A stretch of 63,991 bases of DNA, filler included, from Dirinaria sp. TL-2023a (GCA_051941275.1; 3 parts of 3 records of this genome joined end to end with filler, not necessarily neighbours in it); one strand, 5' to 3'. Positions 28,101 through 42,259 are shown, counted from the first letter of the whole stretch. Notes: a model not told the origin generated them from the letters alone. Made by a program: numbers and translations.

Positions 28101-30309
28101 GAAGGAACCAAATCATTGAAAGCTGAAGTAATAATCATTGTCATCAACGAAATGGTTGAGATAAACCTCTCAAATATTGTCACAGACGAATTTCAATCAT
28201 GCCCCAGATTAGATGCTCTGAAAAGAAGAAAAGAAAGCATCAACATCTAGTCCTCTAACCTGGAAGATTGTGAGTCAGACTCGTCATCACGTATAGAAAC
28301 CCTTTATACGAGAACACATGAGAAGCATCACCAGAAAACGAGACGAGACAGGTGCGTACTTTTGGCCAAGTATTTTTAATAAATTAAATCTCTGTGCTCG
28401 CTCGTGAGAATCGACAATAGCATATGAGCTCTATCAGGGCAGATGAGATGACATCGAGTAGATAAAGACGTAGTTGACGATAGTATAAACGAAGAATGAG
28501 AGACAATAATAATGCTAGTGTCTCGACTCGACACTATGGATGATGAAATTGATTTTATTTGTGCATGATCTTTAAGTTAGTTGGCGCTTGTGCCCAGCAT
28601 TATTTCTTCAGGTGTTTGAACGGCTTACTTCTGGATGGAAAGATAGACTGGTATCAAATGCAAAGGTGCTCATTGCAAAGCTCAGTCGCTATCGCTGTGA
28701 ATTTGACGTTCTATACTTCCTCTTCTTCATAGTTAGTCGCCCATGTTTGGTCATGTTTGTACCATGAATAAATTTCTCGTGAAGAGCTGAGCAGCTATCC
28801 TGTATATAGTGCCGTGTAGCATTGTGAAGTGTAGTCACATCTTTCCTCCATTGCATGAGAGCCCACAAATGACGTCTAGTGTCAGTGTTGGAGCTGGGAA
28901 AAAAAAGGGGAAGAATATAGCTGAGCCTAGAGGATTGTAGAGAACCACTAAGCCTGTGAAATTTGCTCTAGGATAAATTTCCTAAATTCGAGTAGTAAAG
29001 AAGTTCGAAGAGAAGGGTATTTAAAGGGAAGGAAGAAAAGGAAGAGTTCACTAGTACCACACCAGATCAACTATTGATCGACAGAGCGAGGGATCTGAAG
29101 CGTGTACACCTGAGTCACTACCGAACAGCACATTGCAGGAATCCCTTCGTTCTGGCACCAATCCAGCATTTCATACATGCCATCTGGGTAATGATAGTTA
29201 TAGAGTATACACATCAATCAGAGAGGAGACCAGAAGTGCGCAGCCATAGGCTGATCCAAGTATACCCATCGTCTGGCGGGATGAGGAGCAGCTCATTACC
29301 TCTGAGTAAAAATATGACATATGTGTATCAATGAGATAACGTTGAAATTTCTCACGAACTTGGAGTCATTGCAAAAAAACCAAAACGTTCAATTTGTACC
29401 CGTTACACATTAAGTGGAACTCAAAGACTGTATTACTGCGATTGATTGTTCAACCAAAAAAAGCAGCCTCTGCTGAAAACCCTGAACAGGAGAGAATCAT
29501 TGAGGTAATGGATAAAGTAAGGAATGAGCAGACATTTTTGGGCAAGGTTCAGGAAAGAGATTCTGCATTGCTGCAGAATGTTCCAATGCTTGACTTGACT
29601 TTAATAACGCATACTGAGAAACGTGTCCCGAAACATACATTCTAGAACGATCTCGAAAGTGGACGAGGATGCGATGTGCCGCACACCGTTTATGACTGAA
29701 TCGAGAATTTAATTTTGACTGTTTTGCAGGCAAAAAATGTCGAGGAACATAGCAGCGTTTCCTCAACAGAAGGAAGTAAATCTGACATATAGCTCCAAGA
29801 TTTCTCCAACCCGATAAGAATAGGCACACTTCCCTAGTAATGCTAGCATAACCACAACTACATTCCCTTAATCTCCTTCTCTTACTTACGTTCCTCTCCT
29901 TAAGTTCTTCTGTGGTGGTACTGGTCGACTTTAACGAATTGACCCTCTAAGAACAGAGCCTTCCCTCGAAAATTAATAAGCCCATCTTCATTTCTTTAGG
30001 TCCTATTATGATCTAGGGAGGTCGAATCGTGACTCGATACGGAAAATTTTGAGCGAGTGGGGGAAGGTGTCAGGCAGGTTCGGATGAATGTTGATATAGA
30101 AAATGTCGGGAGGAGAGGAGAGGGGAGTTGGGGGTGTAGAGGGGCGCGGCAAGTGCGTGAATGAAGTGCTCTTTTGTAACATCTATCTTTTTTATTCTTC
30201 AATGACGCTGCTTGAACTTCTCGTTTGCAAGCTTGACTACACTACAAAGTCGACAAATGTCTTGGTCCGCGAACGGTCCGTGTCTTCCACGCTACTTATT
30301 GAAGAACCC

Positions 30310-31973
30310 TCAAAGTGCAATCTTCCTCTCCCGCCTCATAACATCGGCTAACAACGCCAAAGCCTTGGTTCCCACCCCGCCACCTCCAGGCACATCCTTG
30401 ACCCACTCTTTGACCGCCATCCTGAGCGCCAGTCTCCCCACATCGCCAAAGAACAGCAGCACCCGGTCCTCGAACCCTTCGATCATCGCTTTCATCACCA
30501 TAGCGTGCGTATCCGTCTTCTGTGACGCGGGGACATTGACCATATTCGATAGCGCGGTCCAGTACTTGATCGCAGGGAAAGGATTCTCGTGCGATGATTT
30601 CTCGTAATTGCGTAGACTGATTCCGGCGAATCCAGCGCCGAGCCCAGTCATACGTTGCTGATGGGCTTGGAGCCCTATGAATGGCCCGCCTTTCCCTTCG
30701 TGTGTCCATCCTAACCGCTCTTTCCCGGCGATGGTATTCTCGGGGCCGTAGATGCCGAAGAGAACCGGGCATGCCGCGTGGAATTTGGCGATTAAGATGT
30801 TGATGAGCGAATGTCCCTGCCAATGGAATGTTTCGAGAGCGAAGATGTGGCTGGCGATTGTGCCGATTGGATCGGCTTTCTGTGTTGGTTCGATACCGGC
30901 TTCAGATACAAGCTGCGCAACGATTGCTTTGCTGAAGATGTTGAGGAGGTAGAGTAGAAGGGAGGAGCCGGTGTCGGAAGTACCTGCGGGCATATCGGGT
31001 TGTGGGTAGATAAATCTGGCGACGGGGTAAAGCGGTGAAGGGATCGAGAGAGCCTGCTTGAGTGTCTTGAGGATGTTCGCGAGCTGCCGTGAGTGATTAG
31101 CCGGAGAAATGCGAGGATCGAGAAAAGCAATCGAAGACTTACAGGTAATTTATTCGCATTCTTGCCGGCTCGAAGCTGACCACAGCTCTTGCGAATCTCA
31201 CGACGCATGTCCCCCATGGCGGTCTTGAGCTCTGATGACTTCTTGGCTTCCTTGGCCATGAAAGTGCGCAGGGCTTTGCATTCTCGGTGGATGCCGATGT
31301 AGAGTTCATGCTCAGTGACAAGCTCCGAAGCGTTGGGCAGCTGCGCTGGAGTTGCGTTCGCCACAACGGAGGGCGCAGGTGGCTGCACAAGTGGTTTTGT
31401 GATGGCTGAGTTTGTGCTTGATGCTGTTGGAGGCGAGGGTGAAATGGGTTTTGCGGATTGCAGACTTGCATTTCGACGCTGTATCTCCGCGTTCCGCTTT
31501 TCCTTCTGAATTCGCGCTTCTTCTGCGGCTTTCTGGTCTTGTTCGGCTTTCTTCGCTCTCGCGGTCGCTTCAGCTTCGGCCTTGCGTTCTGCTTCTGCTT
31601 TCCTCGCTTCGAGCTCTGCTGTCCTCGCTAGGTCCTCCTCTCGTCTCTTCTTGGCTTCTAATTCCCGCTCAACCTGCTCCTGCTTTCTGAGCTCTAGCTG
31701 TCGGCGCTGCTCTTCTTCTCTCCTCCGGCGCTCATTCTCGACTTGTAACTGTAGCTCCTTACAGGCCAGTTCGGCGCTCTCTCGGACGCGGTCATGCTCT
31801 GCGGCGGCTGCGGCTAGAGCCTTTCTATGGACGAGCTCTCGCTCTTGATTTTCACGGTCGAGACGCGCGTGAAAATTCCGGTTGGATGCGATGCTGATTT
31901 GACTGAGCTCCCAAAGCAGTTGTCTCGACGGGCTGTCTTGAGCTGATCTCCATGGACTGGACGTGATCGCCAT
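30310..31973 (-). CDS. GLE1: mRNA export factor / nucleoporin Gle1
   Basis: N-terminal E/R/K coiled coil followed by a GLE1 domain (YLLNIFSKAIVAQL, ILIAKFHAACPVLFG, RMTGLGAGFAGISLR); one intron at 31142-31084. Confidence 0.88.
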
Positions 31974-33108
31974 TGTTTTTGAATCGTGTTTGTGTGGAGC
32001 GAAATACAGGGTAGGGGTAGAAGTTCGCTAGTCGAGCCGAGGTGGCTAATTTCTATCGACTAGAGTACGAATGGCCCATGAACGAGTTAGTTGGCGAGCC
32101 AGGTAAGGGCATGGGCGATGGTTGGCTCTCCAGTAAGGTATTCTATCCTTCAATATGTGGACCGCGTCAAGTAGGACCGGCAGAGGCGACGGTGGACGGG
32201 GAGAGCAATTTGATGTATTGTACATGCATCGGCAGTATTAGTCAATTGTTGAGTGGTGAGGAAGGGAATCTGGGGATTTGGAATGCATGAGGTGATCTGG
32301 GAACAACATGTCTATCAACGACAATAGTAAGTAGCCTTAGCGTGGTTGTTCATAAGCGGGCCGAGGTTTCCGCGGCGCTAAAGGGCACTTAGTGTTCGAT
32401 TAGTAAGCGCCTCTGTTCGTAAAGCAGCACAATGAACACATATCCTACAAATAAGATTAAATGAAGGTAGACCCAGTTACCTACCATCAAGTCGTCAATC
32501 GTGCGCTGTATCATAATTACCTCGTGAGGTTTCGGCCTTTTCCTTCAAAGGCATCGTAGCGGGCTCGGAGTTTTGTGAAGATAACTCGGGTTTAGCTTCC
32601 ATGAGGCTGGCAGATGCAGCTGGCATCTCGCTTATTTGTGTGTCTCTCTGCTATTGACTCAGTAAAAAAGATTAGATGACTATGATTTTGATGTTTGGCT
32701 TGGAGCATGTGAGCGTATCGAGTTGGTGTTGAAATTTGTTTGTTCATGCTTCAGGGGCCACTTCCGTAGATAAAGTACGTTTCTCAGCCAAGACGAAGAG
32801 TATCTATCCCGTCCACCCACACATGCCAATCGGCGCAAATCTTGTAGTTCATTAATCGGAATCCTCTGGCAGAACCATGTAATACTACCTTAGATAGAGC
32901 ATGAAGATTACTGTAGATGAATGAATTGAAGGACACGCGGCCTCCCTTCACTGTTGACGGCTGCCGTGAACACTGAAGCCGCACGTGGTATGACTGGCCT
33001 GAACCAATAGTGCGGGATCGCCATTCGCCAACAGCGGGAAATCAAAAGAAAGCGGAGTTGAACAACTTCGCTTTTCCTTTTCCCTGAGCTGTGAAAACTC
33101 GTCCACAT

Positions 33109-33143
33109 CATTCCTTCCCTCTTTACTCAGAGAGTCATTCCCT
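33109..33143 (+). promoter_or_regulatory. Candidate Ssd1-binding CNYUCNYU motifs in the SSD1 5' leader
   Basis: CATT-CCTT-CCCT-CTTT (33109-33124) and CATTCCCT (33136-33143) lie about 400 nt upstream of the SSD1 ATG. Confidence 0.4.
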
Positions 33144-33504
33144 CGACTGCTATCACCACCTATCTTCCTTCCTTTTCTCCCCTTCAATCCAGTCTCGCTT
33201 GCCATTTGCACTCCAAAAAACTCCTTCCCCCGACAGCGTCGTCCACGCAATCACCTTACAATTGCACCATCTTCTCTGCGAAGAAAATCCCACTGCGCTC
33301 GGTCAGTTCCGTCGTAACACACCACCATTGCGCTGTGGCCCTTCTATTCTGCCGACCTATTCTATCCATCATTTGCCTTGATCGCAATCAGGATCACCTG
33401 AGGCCCGGCTGCGAGCCGAAGCAGGCCTTTCAAGTACACACCGGCTCAGAACTGCTCCCTACAGCAAACTCGACAATCACTCAGGGTATTCGTAACATCA
33501 AAAG

Positions 33505-36500
33505 ATGGACCCGCAACAGAATCTTGGAGTCCCGGGCCAGCCTGGCCGGCGGCTCCACATCGCCCATAGGCGTAGTCCGTCCGAGATGACGCCTATGATA
33601 AGTAAGTCATCTGATGTCTGGGCAACACAGGCCACGCACCTCGTCTGCACTCTGGGCGCTGTGAAATCCCGATTGGTTCTATGGTCACTGACACTGGTTT
33701 CGATTAGTGGAACAACTTGCTCTGCAGCAGCAGATCGAGCTCCTTCAGCAGCAACAACAGCAAATCGCTGCCACCCACCAACAATATGTGAACATGGGAA
33801 TGATCCCGCAGCAGCAGCAGATTCCAGCCGTCAACTATCCCGGCCAGCAAGTCCACCAAGGGCAAGTATCCATGGCCGGCATGTCACCTCATGCGAATGC
33901 TTTCCAATTCCCGCAGCAAATGCAACAGCAACAGCAGCAACAGCAGCAGCAATTGGGGGTACCAATGAACGCTCCTACTCAGCCTTCATCGCATCGTCGA
34001 AACCAATCTGCACTGCCAAATGTGAACATGGGCCCACCGCCTGCACCTTCATCAGGGGCATCCGGATTTGGTGACTTCAATCAGAATGCAGTGGCACAGA
34101 ACCGAGAGAATGCGCCACAACGCGGAGGTCGTGGTGGAGGGCCACCGGGGGCCGGCCACCAACGTCGGCATTCTCTTGCTTTACCCGAAGCAAAAAAAGC
34201 AGCCGAGCTTGCACAGCAAAAGCGAACTACCTCAGGGTTCCAATTCCCCATTCCTGGAGGGTCAGGCGCTTCTCCGACCAGTGCAAATAGGAACCTTAGT
34301 CCAGCTGGATCTGACGATAAAGGTACGGATAGTCCATCATCGGGACAGTCGAATTCAGCAGGTCTGAGCGTCCGTGCAGGTAACCGCGGAGCTGGAACCG
34401 CCGGTCATGGCAGAAGTCAGAGCATGGCAGTGGGTAATGGCCGTGGTATGCCTCAAGGTCGAGGGGCTGGTAGCTTTCAATTCCCTCCTCCGATGGCCAC
34501 AAACGATGCTGGAGCGAACACGGCTCAGCAGTCGGACTTCCAGCGCCGCGGTAGCCAGAATGGCCACAACCGTACGTCGTCCAGGAATTTTGATGGCAAC
34601 TGGCGACAACAGAACAATGCCCAGACCGCTCAGGAGCAGCAGCAGCAGACCATGGGAAACTTTTCCGCCCCTCAGAACCCCAACGCCAGCGTTTTCCAGC
34701 CTGGCCACAGAGTTCGAGGATCTATGAATCAGTCAATCGGCTCTATGAATGGTTTCACCTTTCCCAATCAGCCGCAATTGGTCCAGCTACCGCAGGGCCA
34801 GGTAATGCTCCAACAACCTCAAGTCTTCACCGGGCAGCAACTCAACCCCATGCAATTAAATCAATTACAAGCGCTGCAAGCGGCGCAAATGAGCGGGCAA
34901 CAATTCAATCTTCAGGGCGTCCAGCCTCAGCAGCAGCTGTCGAACCAACAACAACAGCGTAAAACTCTTTTTACCCCTTACCTTCCGCAAGCGAGTCTCC
35001 CAGCCTTGCTGTCAGATGGTCAACTCGTGGCTGGTATCCTACGAGTGAACAAGAAGAATCGAAGCGATGCATATGTGACTGCTAGCGATCTTGACGCCGA
35101 TATCTTCATCTGTGGAAGCAAGGATAGGAATCGGGCTCTGGAAGGAGATTACGTGGCAGTTGAGCTTCTTGACGTGGATGAGGTTTGGGGCCAGAAACGG
35201 GAGAAGGAAGAGAAAAAGAAGCGCAAAGACATAACCGACACTAGGACTGGTGGAAGTAGCAATCTTAGTGAAAAGCCTTCTCGAAGCGATTCTGGCGCCA
35301 ACGGAGACGCTAGTCAGGTTGGTGGCCACGAGGGTGGTATAAGAAGAAGAGGCAGCTTGAGGCAAAGGCCTACACAGAAAAAGAACGATGACGTGGAGGT
35401 AGAAGGTCAGAGCCTCCTGTTAATGGAGGAAGAAGAGGTCAACGACGAACAAAAACCCCTGTATGCCGGTCATGTTGTGGCTGTCATTGAGCGCGTCGCA
35501 GGGCAGATGTTCTCGGGGTGAGGTCGCCTCAGTGTGTTTGAATCTGAAACTTTGCTGACATCTTGTAGCACCCTGGGCCTGCTGCGTCCTAGCAGCCAAG
35601 CAACTAAGGAGAAGCAAGAGGCCGAAAGACAGCAACGTGAAGGAAGCTCCGGCCGTCATCACCAAGACCGCCAGCAAGACAAGCCAAAGATCGTATGGTT
35701 CAAACCTACCGATAAACGCGTACCGCTGATTGCTATCCCTACCGAACAAGCTCCACGAGATTTTGTGGAGAGGCATCAGGACTATGCCAATCGTATCTTT
35801 GTTGCCTGCATAAAGCGCTGGCCGATCACCTCACTTCACCCTTTTGGCACCCTAGTAGAATTATTGGGTGAAATGGGAGATTTGAAAGTTGAGACTGACG
35901 CGTTGCTTCGAGATAATAACTTTGGCCCTGATGATTTCTCCGAAGCTGTATTGAAAAACACCGGCTTCGATGACTGGGCCGTCAGTAAGGAGAGTGAGGA
36001 AGCACTTGCCGCACGACGAGATTTCCGGTCTGAGACAACTTTTACTATTGACCCGAATGGCACAGAAGATTTCGACGATGCGCTTCATGTCAAAGACTTA
36101 GGTGATGGCAGGGTTGAAATTGGTATTCACGTGGCTGATGCCGCACATTTCGTGAAGGCCAACTCCCTAGTTGATCGCGAAGCGAAGAAGCGCGGTACAG
36201 GTGTTTACCTCATGAATCGTGCTGTCAACATGTTACCTCCAAAGCTCGCTTCGGAAGTCTGTTCTTTGAGCCCAGGTGAAGAGCGTTTCACTGTCAGTGT
36301 CGTCTTCACAGTCGACTTGGCAAGTGGCAACGTTATTGACAACGAAGCTTGGATTGGCAAAGCAATGATCAAGAGTGCTGGTAAATTGACATACGATGAT
36401 GTGGATGCTGTGATACATGGTAAAGAGGGAGTGGAGCTTCAGGGCGCAACTCCCAAAGACATCCAAATATTGAAGGTAGGTATCCATGACAACCTTGCAG

Positions 36501-38028
36501 TTGGGCTGAATTGACTGTCTCTCCAGAAAATTGCACAGAGATTTCGCGAGGCTCGGTATGGCTCTCGAAGTGAATATGTACCACCTCTTCGCTTGCTTCA
36601 TCAGCTTGATGATGAGAATGTTCCTGTGGAGCATAATATCTTCGACTCAACCCCGGCACACGAGATTATCGAAGAGTTGGGCCACAAGGCAAATGAGTAT
36701 GTAGCTAGAAAGATCGCTAATGCTTTGCCCGAGAAAGCCTTCCTTCGTCGCCAGGCTCCGCCAAATCCTCGGAGACTCCAGACATTTGCAGAGCGAATGA
36801 CAAGGATAGGGTACGAGATTGATACCACTAGCAGTGGTACCTTACAGAACAGCCTTTTCAACGTCAAGGACCCCGAAATCCGAAAGGTATATCACTGCTG
36901 TTGATGATCTTTGAGCTGCTATAGCTAACATTAGCTAGGGTATGGAGACACTACTCGTCAAAGCCATGCAGAGAGCCAAATACTTCGTTGCAGGACGAAC
37001 TCGCCAAGAACAATATCCACATTACGCTTTGAACCTGCCGCTATATACTCACTTTACCAATCCCTCCCGCCGTTATGCAGATATCGTCGTCCATCGACAG
37101 CTCGAGGTAGCTTTGTCGAATGGAGCTATGGAGTTTAATGAAGACATAGATAGCCTTGGTAAGACAGCAGAAGCCTGCAACACCAAGAAAGACTCAGCGC
37201 AGAGCGCCCAGGAGCAGAGCGTCCACATCGAATCTTGTCGAATCATGGACAAGAAGCGTGAGGAGCTAGGCAGTGACTTCATCAGCGAAGGCATCGTTAT
37301 TTGCGTCTATGAGTCCGCCTTTGATGTTCTCATTCCCGAGTATGGCTTCGAAAAGCGTGTGCACTGCGATCAATTACCACTAAAGAAGGCCGAATTCCGC
37401 AAGAACGAACGCGTACTCGAACTTTACTGGGAGAAGGGTGTGCCATCGTCTGCTTACGTGCCGGAGGACGAGCGCCAGAAAGCAGGTCCCGGATCGCGAT
37501 ACCAGAGGGGCGGTGCTCCAGCAACCGCAACAGACACTGCTTCGCAGCAATCGCGTGAGGATGCGCAACGTCGCCAAATGGATACCGGTACCATGTCAAC
37601 TGACGACGTCGACGCTCTTTTCGACGATGAAGACTCGGTTTCCGAGGTCACGGGTATGACTGCTGGTGTATCCCTTGGCGCTGGACGTCCGACACAAAGC
37701 ATGCCTCCTTCTCCAACCCGGGTCGATTCAGATAGTGATGCCAATCGCCAACGGACTCGCTCGGATCCAAGGTTTGCTTCAACCTCTGGGGAGAACCCGG
37801 AGGCCAAGTTGAGTAACAAGGACAAATACTTGGGTATGTTTAAGCTTCGTGAAGAAGGTGGGGAGTACATCCAGGACGTTACGGAAATGACGCGGGTGCC
37901 CGTGATTTTGAAGACAGACCTCACCAAGAGCCCACCGTAAGCTATCGCCCATGATTATTGTTGAGAAACAGCTAACAGGTGTGTGAAGGTGCCTAACTAT
38001 CCGATCGATGAACCCATATGCTTTGTAG
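33505..38028 (+). CDS. SSD1: Ssd1/GUL-1 RNase II-like (inactive RNB) mRNA-binding protein (multi-exon)
   Basis: HRRSPS, HRRNQS and HQRRHS Cbk1/COT-1-type sites; polyQ N-terminus; RKTLFTPYLPQA, GILRVNKKNRSDAY, IVWFKPTDKRVPLIAIP and YTHFTNPSRRYADI; C-terminus CLTIRSMNPYAL* (38028). Confidence 0.95.
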
Positions 38029-39408
38029 ACTTGGCAGACAGTGTTTTCACCAACCCGCTGGACATCTGAGAGGAGGTGGTAGCGATGGATACAACTACTA
38101 CTATCCCGCTGACATTCGATGATGAAGGAGAAGGGAGCCTGTGTGGAAGTAGAGGGAAAGACTCATAGCGGAGGAAAGGCGTGGGTCGAGTACTGCAGTC
38201 GGAGCGACGAGGGAAGATTGATCGCAGCAGCATAGCATGAGCGCTAGTAACTTAGTAGCTCGATTGCATAACTGTAGCTACTTTATTGATCATGCAGTAT
38301 AAACATCGACAGCAATATACTTCAAGCGCCCAGCTTCCCTGATAGCAATTCTCTCTCGAACCTGACATCACGTCCCTCTTCAAGGCCTGAGATGCCGTTG
38401 ACATTTGCCTCTGGCTGTACGTTGGAGACCTGACTAGATAGAAATACATGTATCTTCGACCGTTTTCGACTGCGCATCCCCGAAATCGTCACTGGGCAGC
38501 GAAGAGTTGATAGCGTAGATAATGATAGAGCAAATGATAGAGCAATACTTTCTGAGTGATGCGTGATCTAGATCGAATCCTTCGGCAATGCAGGGCCGAG
38601 AATGGTGTGTCTCGAGAGGCCTGTTCCAGCCTTGAGGATCCCAAGAAGGAGCGTGTGTGGCTTGCCATGCTTGCATAACCCGCATAAGTTGGGGCTAAAA
38701 ATCTAAAATCCCCGCGAGTCGAATCGATACAAACCACTCATTCTTCAGGGATGCCGAATACGACTGACTTTAAACATCCCCCCAAATGCTAAAGTCCTTT
38801 GGGAAGGACGCACATATTTCCTTTTGACCCTTGCCCATCAACAACGTGGCCTCTACCAGGCCATCCTGTTGACCCTTGTTGCCATCTCATAGATCTTTTT
38901 TCGAAGCATTCAAGTGCCACAGCGTGTTCCAACGGCCTTATTGGCTGTAACGGCCAAGGAGTCTCATCACTTTCTCCCCAACAGGGATCGTGGCGAACTC
39001 TGGCCTTGGACGACGTGACACCTGACTGTCGTTCTTCTGTCGCAGCTGAATCGGAGTCCCAACGACATCACGCCTTCCGGTCCAGCTGCCATCCACCGAC
39101 GCTGGGCTATCTTGGCGTGGAGCAACTCTCGGCCATCAACACAAACATCCCTTGCATTCATCCGAGAGAACTCCATCAGTGTTGAGAAGTCTGGTAAGCA
39201 TCACGAATCTTTGAGCTTGAACATCTTCCTTTCAAAACACGAATCCCTCGCTCATCCGTTGGAATGTCCAGCTTCACGCCCTAGAGTGGAACCGCAATCT
39301 GAACCCCTCGACCATCGATAAGCCATATACATCTCACCGATAAAGCCTGTCTTTCGTACTCTTCCTACCAGATTTTGAAGATCTGATTGAACAAACCGAC
39401 CACGTACA

Positions 39409-40950
39409 ATGGAACCCTGGCAGAGCTGGGCTTTGGTAGGCGCTGTAGGCGCGGGTGCCTACTTTTACTATGCCAACACATCGAACCCCACTCGCGGCAG
39501 ACACCTGAAACCCAATGAAGCCGCCCAAGCACAGCGTCGTGCTTCTAATGCCAGCTCAGAGAGTAATAGGCGTCAAAAGAAGGGCAAGAAGCCCGGGAGT
39601 AAAGACCGCAGCGCTGGCGACGTTGCTGATGTCTCGTCGGCCTCAGCTGCCACGAGTGGAAATGAGAATGCCAAAAAGAAGAAAAAGAAGACGGAAAACA
39701 AGAGGCAACCAAGCAAGCTTGGTCAAAGTTCCGCTGTTGAAGTAGAGCCACCTGCCGAGGAGACTGGAGTGGCGTCGCAACCCGAAGAAGAGCCAATGGA
39801 TAATCAGGAATTCGCCAAACAGATGGCTGGGCTCAAGGTTGGATCTTCCCTGGCAAGGCCTTCGACTGCCTCTGAGACCAAAAAGACGAGAAAACAAGGC
39901 AAGAGAAACAACGGAGCCACTGAACTTCCACCCAATGGTAAAACAGTCGAGCCCACGGGTGGCGCAGGCCCACACGAAACGTCGACAACGTCTTCAACTA
40001 CAGGAGCCGATGCAGATGACGATCTATCGCCAGCAACATCCCCCGCTCTCCACGGTTCTAATTCCACCCCTGACGCCGGCGGTGTCTCCGACATGTTGGA
40101 GGTCCCGGCCAGAGGACCCTCTATTGTGCGTGTGACTCCTCCAGCTGAACCTCAGCCTGACCGTCAGCCGAAGCAGAAGAAGGCGGCACCTGAACCTGAA
40201 ACGAAGAAGCAGAGGCAGCGTAGGCAGAAGAACGAAGCAGCGAAGGCTGCCCGTGCAGAAGCCGAACAGCAACGACGCGAGCTTATGGAGAAACAACGCC
40301 GCACTGCTCGGGAGGCCGAAGGCAGACCAGCTAAGAATGGTCTTGGGTCTGCACCACCTGCAAACAATGTATGGTCGACGCCTGCAGGCTCCGTAGAATC
40401 CGAAGGCAATGCTGCTGCACCTGTATCGAACACCAATGGTCCACTTCTTGACACCTTCGAAGAGCATCCGAAAGCATCTCTTAGTTCTAGTGTCACTGAA
40501 GCCAATGGCTCTACCGCAAACCGCAAACCGGTGGTACATGAGACACCTTCGGAGGAAGAGCAGATGAAGATGCTTAGCGAAGTTGATGATGATGGATGGA
40601 ACACGGTTGTAAAAGGTGGCAAAACTAAGAAGAAGAGCAAAGCTCCGCTCCATAGCGCAGAGGCGGAGAGTTCTACCTCTGGAGTCAATCTGGGCAGTAA
40701 TGGACCAGTCAATGGCGGAACGTCCTCAGAGCGTAAACGTCCCTCTGCAATCAATGCCGGCGGCAGCAAAGTGAAAGGACCGCCGTCACCTATGATTGGA
40801 GTGGTTCCTCCGAAGCCTAGAACGACCACTGAACCGATCGATCCGAAGGTTTGGAACCGGAGCAACATCCATCTCCATCCTGACTATGATCCCGAGTATC
40901 CATATGCTTTAACTGGTCATCCTGATGACTCCGACTGGGCCGTTGTGTGA
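39409..40950 (+). CDS. Hypothetical protein with an N-terminal membrane anchor, a Lys-rich disordered body and a coiled coil
   Basis: Intronless 513-aa ORF; TM WALVGAVGAGAYFYY; ETKKQRQRRQKNE...EKQRRTAREAEGRPAKNG block; C-terminus DSDWAVV. Function unknown. Confidence 0.8.
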   Translation: MEPWQSWALVGAVGAGAYFYYANTSNPTRGRHLKPNEAAQAQRRASNASSESNRRQKKGKKPGSKDRSAGDVADVSSASAATSGNENAKKKKKKTENKRQPSKLGQSSAVEVEPPAEETGVASQPEEEPMDNQEFAKQMAGLKVGSSLARPSTASETKKTRKQGKRNNGATELPPNGKTVEPTGGAGPHETSTTSSTTGADADDDLSPATSPALHGSNSTPDAGGVSDMLEVPARGPSIVRVTPPAEPQPDRQPKQKKAAPEPETKKQRQRRQKNEAAKAARAEAEQQRRELMEKQRRTAREAEGRPAKNGLGSAPPANNVWSTPAGSVESEGNAAAPVSNTNGPLLDTFEEHPKASLSSSVTEANGSTANRKPVVHETPSEEEQMKMLSEVDDDGWNTVVKGGKTKKKSKAPLHSAEAESSTSGVNLGSNGPVNGGTSSERKRPSAINAGGSKVKGPPSPMIGVVPPKPRTTTEPIDPKVWNRSNIHLHPDYDPEYPYALTGHPDDSDWAVV

Positions 40951-42259
40951 TGGGGGAGAGGGAGATGTGCCCAGAATGGTGAGGTGGGTTGGCCCGTGAT
41001 TATGTAGTCGACTACACAATCACGCATAAAGGGGACGAGCTAACCAGGCACCAGGTCCATCACTTCTACAGACTCACTGTCATGTACTTCTACACTTGTT
41101 TGCAGACACACACTGAGAGAATCTGCACTTGCGAAGAGCTTGATTTCTTTGTGGGCCAGGCAGCTCACATGCATTTGCAACTACATCAAAGCGGAGTTAG
41201 CCTGGCATATGCGGCTACAATGTCACCAAAAGCACAGCATAGGCGGTGTAAAATATTGTTCGAACAGCACGGCCCTGCTTTTAAGAGGCCGGTTGCAAAT
41301 GCTTTTTTTTTACTTCATGTAAATTAGGTGAGGCTTGCAGACCGCTTTGTATTGCATTGCGCTCTTGCCAAGCTTAGCAGATAGGAGAATTGAGCTCTAT
41401 CGCTACGAGATCTTCCATTGGCCTCCCAGCTTCTTTTATTTTATCGATTCATGATTCTTATCAGTATATGCAGCAGTTCTGGAGTGTCCATTTTCTTCAT
41501 ATATGTTATCCTTGACTTCATTGTCTGAATATTTTGCAACTATACTTTGTTCTCAGCCTTTTGGGTGTTATGGAGAAGAAGTAACATTTATTGTCTCTGG
41601 TACGATAGAACACCATACGAGTATGCAGATACCATGGCAGTTCTTGGTAGACAGTATCTATCAAGCCATGAACTACAGACGATGGGATGAGCGGCATCGC
41701 AGCAAGATCATAATTGATAGGTCTATGAGACGAAACAATCACCTCGAATAGTCGCTGGTAGACAATATAGTCGGCTATTAAACACTGAGACACCTGGTAC
41801 CTAAAGATTTTACATCAACTGGGTACGGCATCAATTTTTGGCGATCGAACGAAAACCGGTTTCTGAACAGTGACACGAGACCAAGAATCGCACTTTGTTG
41901 TATCATATTTAATGATTGATGCATTTGGGAATTTACTTCAAGATTTCTACATACTTCATACTTTACTTCTATATACTTCTAGCCCCTAGTGTGACCCGTG
42001 ACTTCGCTTATATCCCGGGAACGGTACAACCTTCCACCGAACACATCAAATGACCCCAGCCAATCATATCTTGTTCGAATGTGTCCTGAATGGAACATTT
42101 TCATGTTGAGCGGTCGAAAGCCCTCGGAATCACTCAACCCAAACCTCGCACGTTCTTCCGTGCCAATCGCTATTTTAAGTCTCCTGTCGAATCTTCTCTA
42201 AAACTACCCGTTGCCTGACTTTTCTCTTCTTTGAATGCGAACGTGCATGCGAATTCATC

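Noticed and set aside
40024..40868. Long antisense ORFs (also over GLE1, SSD1 and others)
   Set aside because: Shadow ORFs of real genes on the opposite strand.
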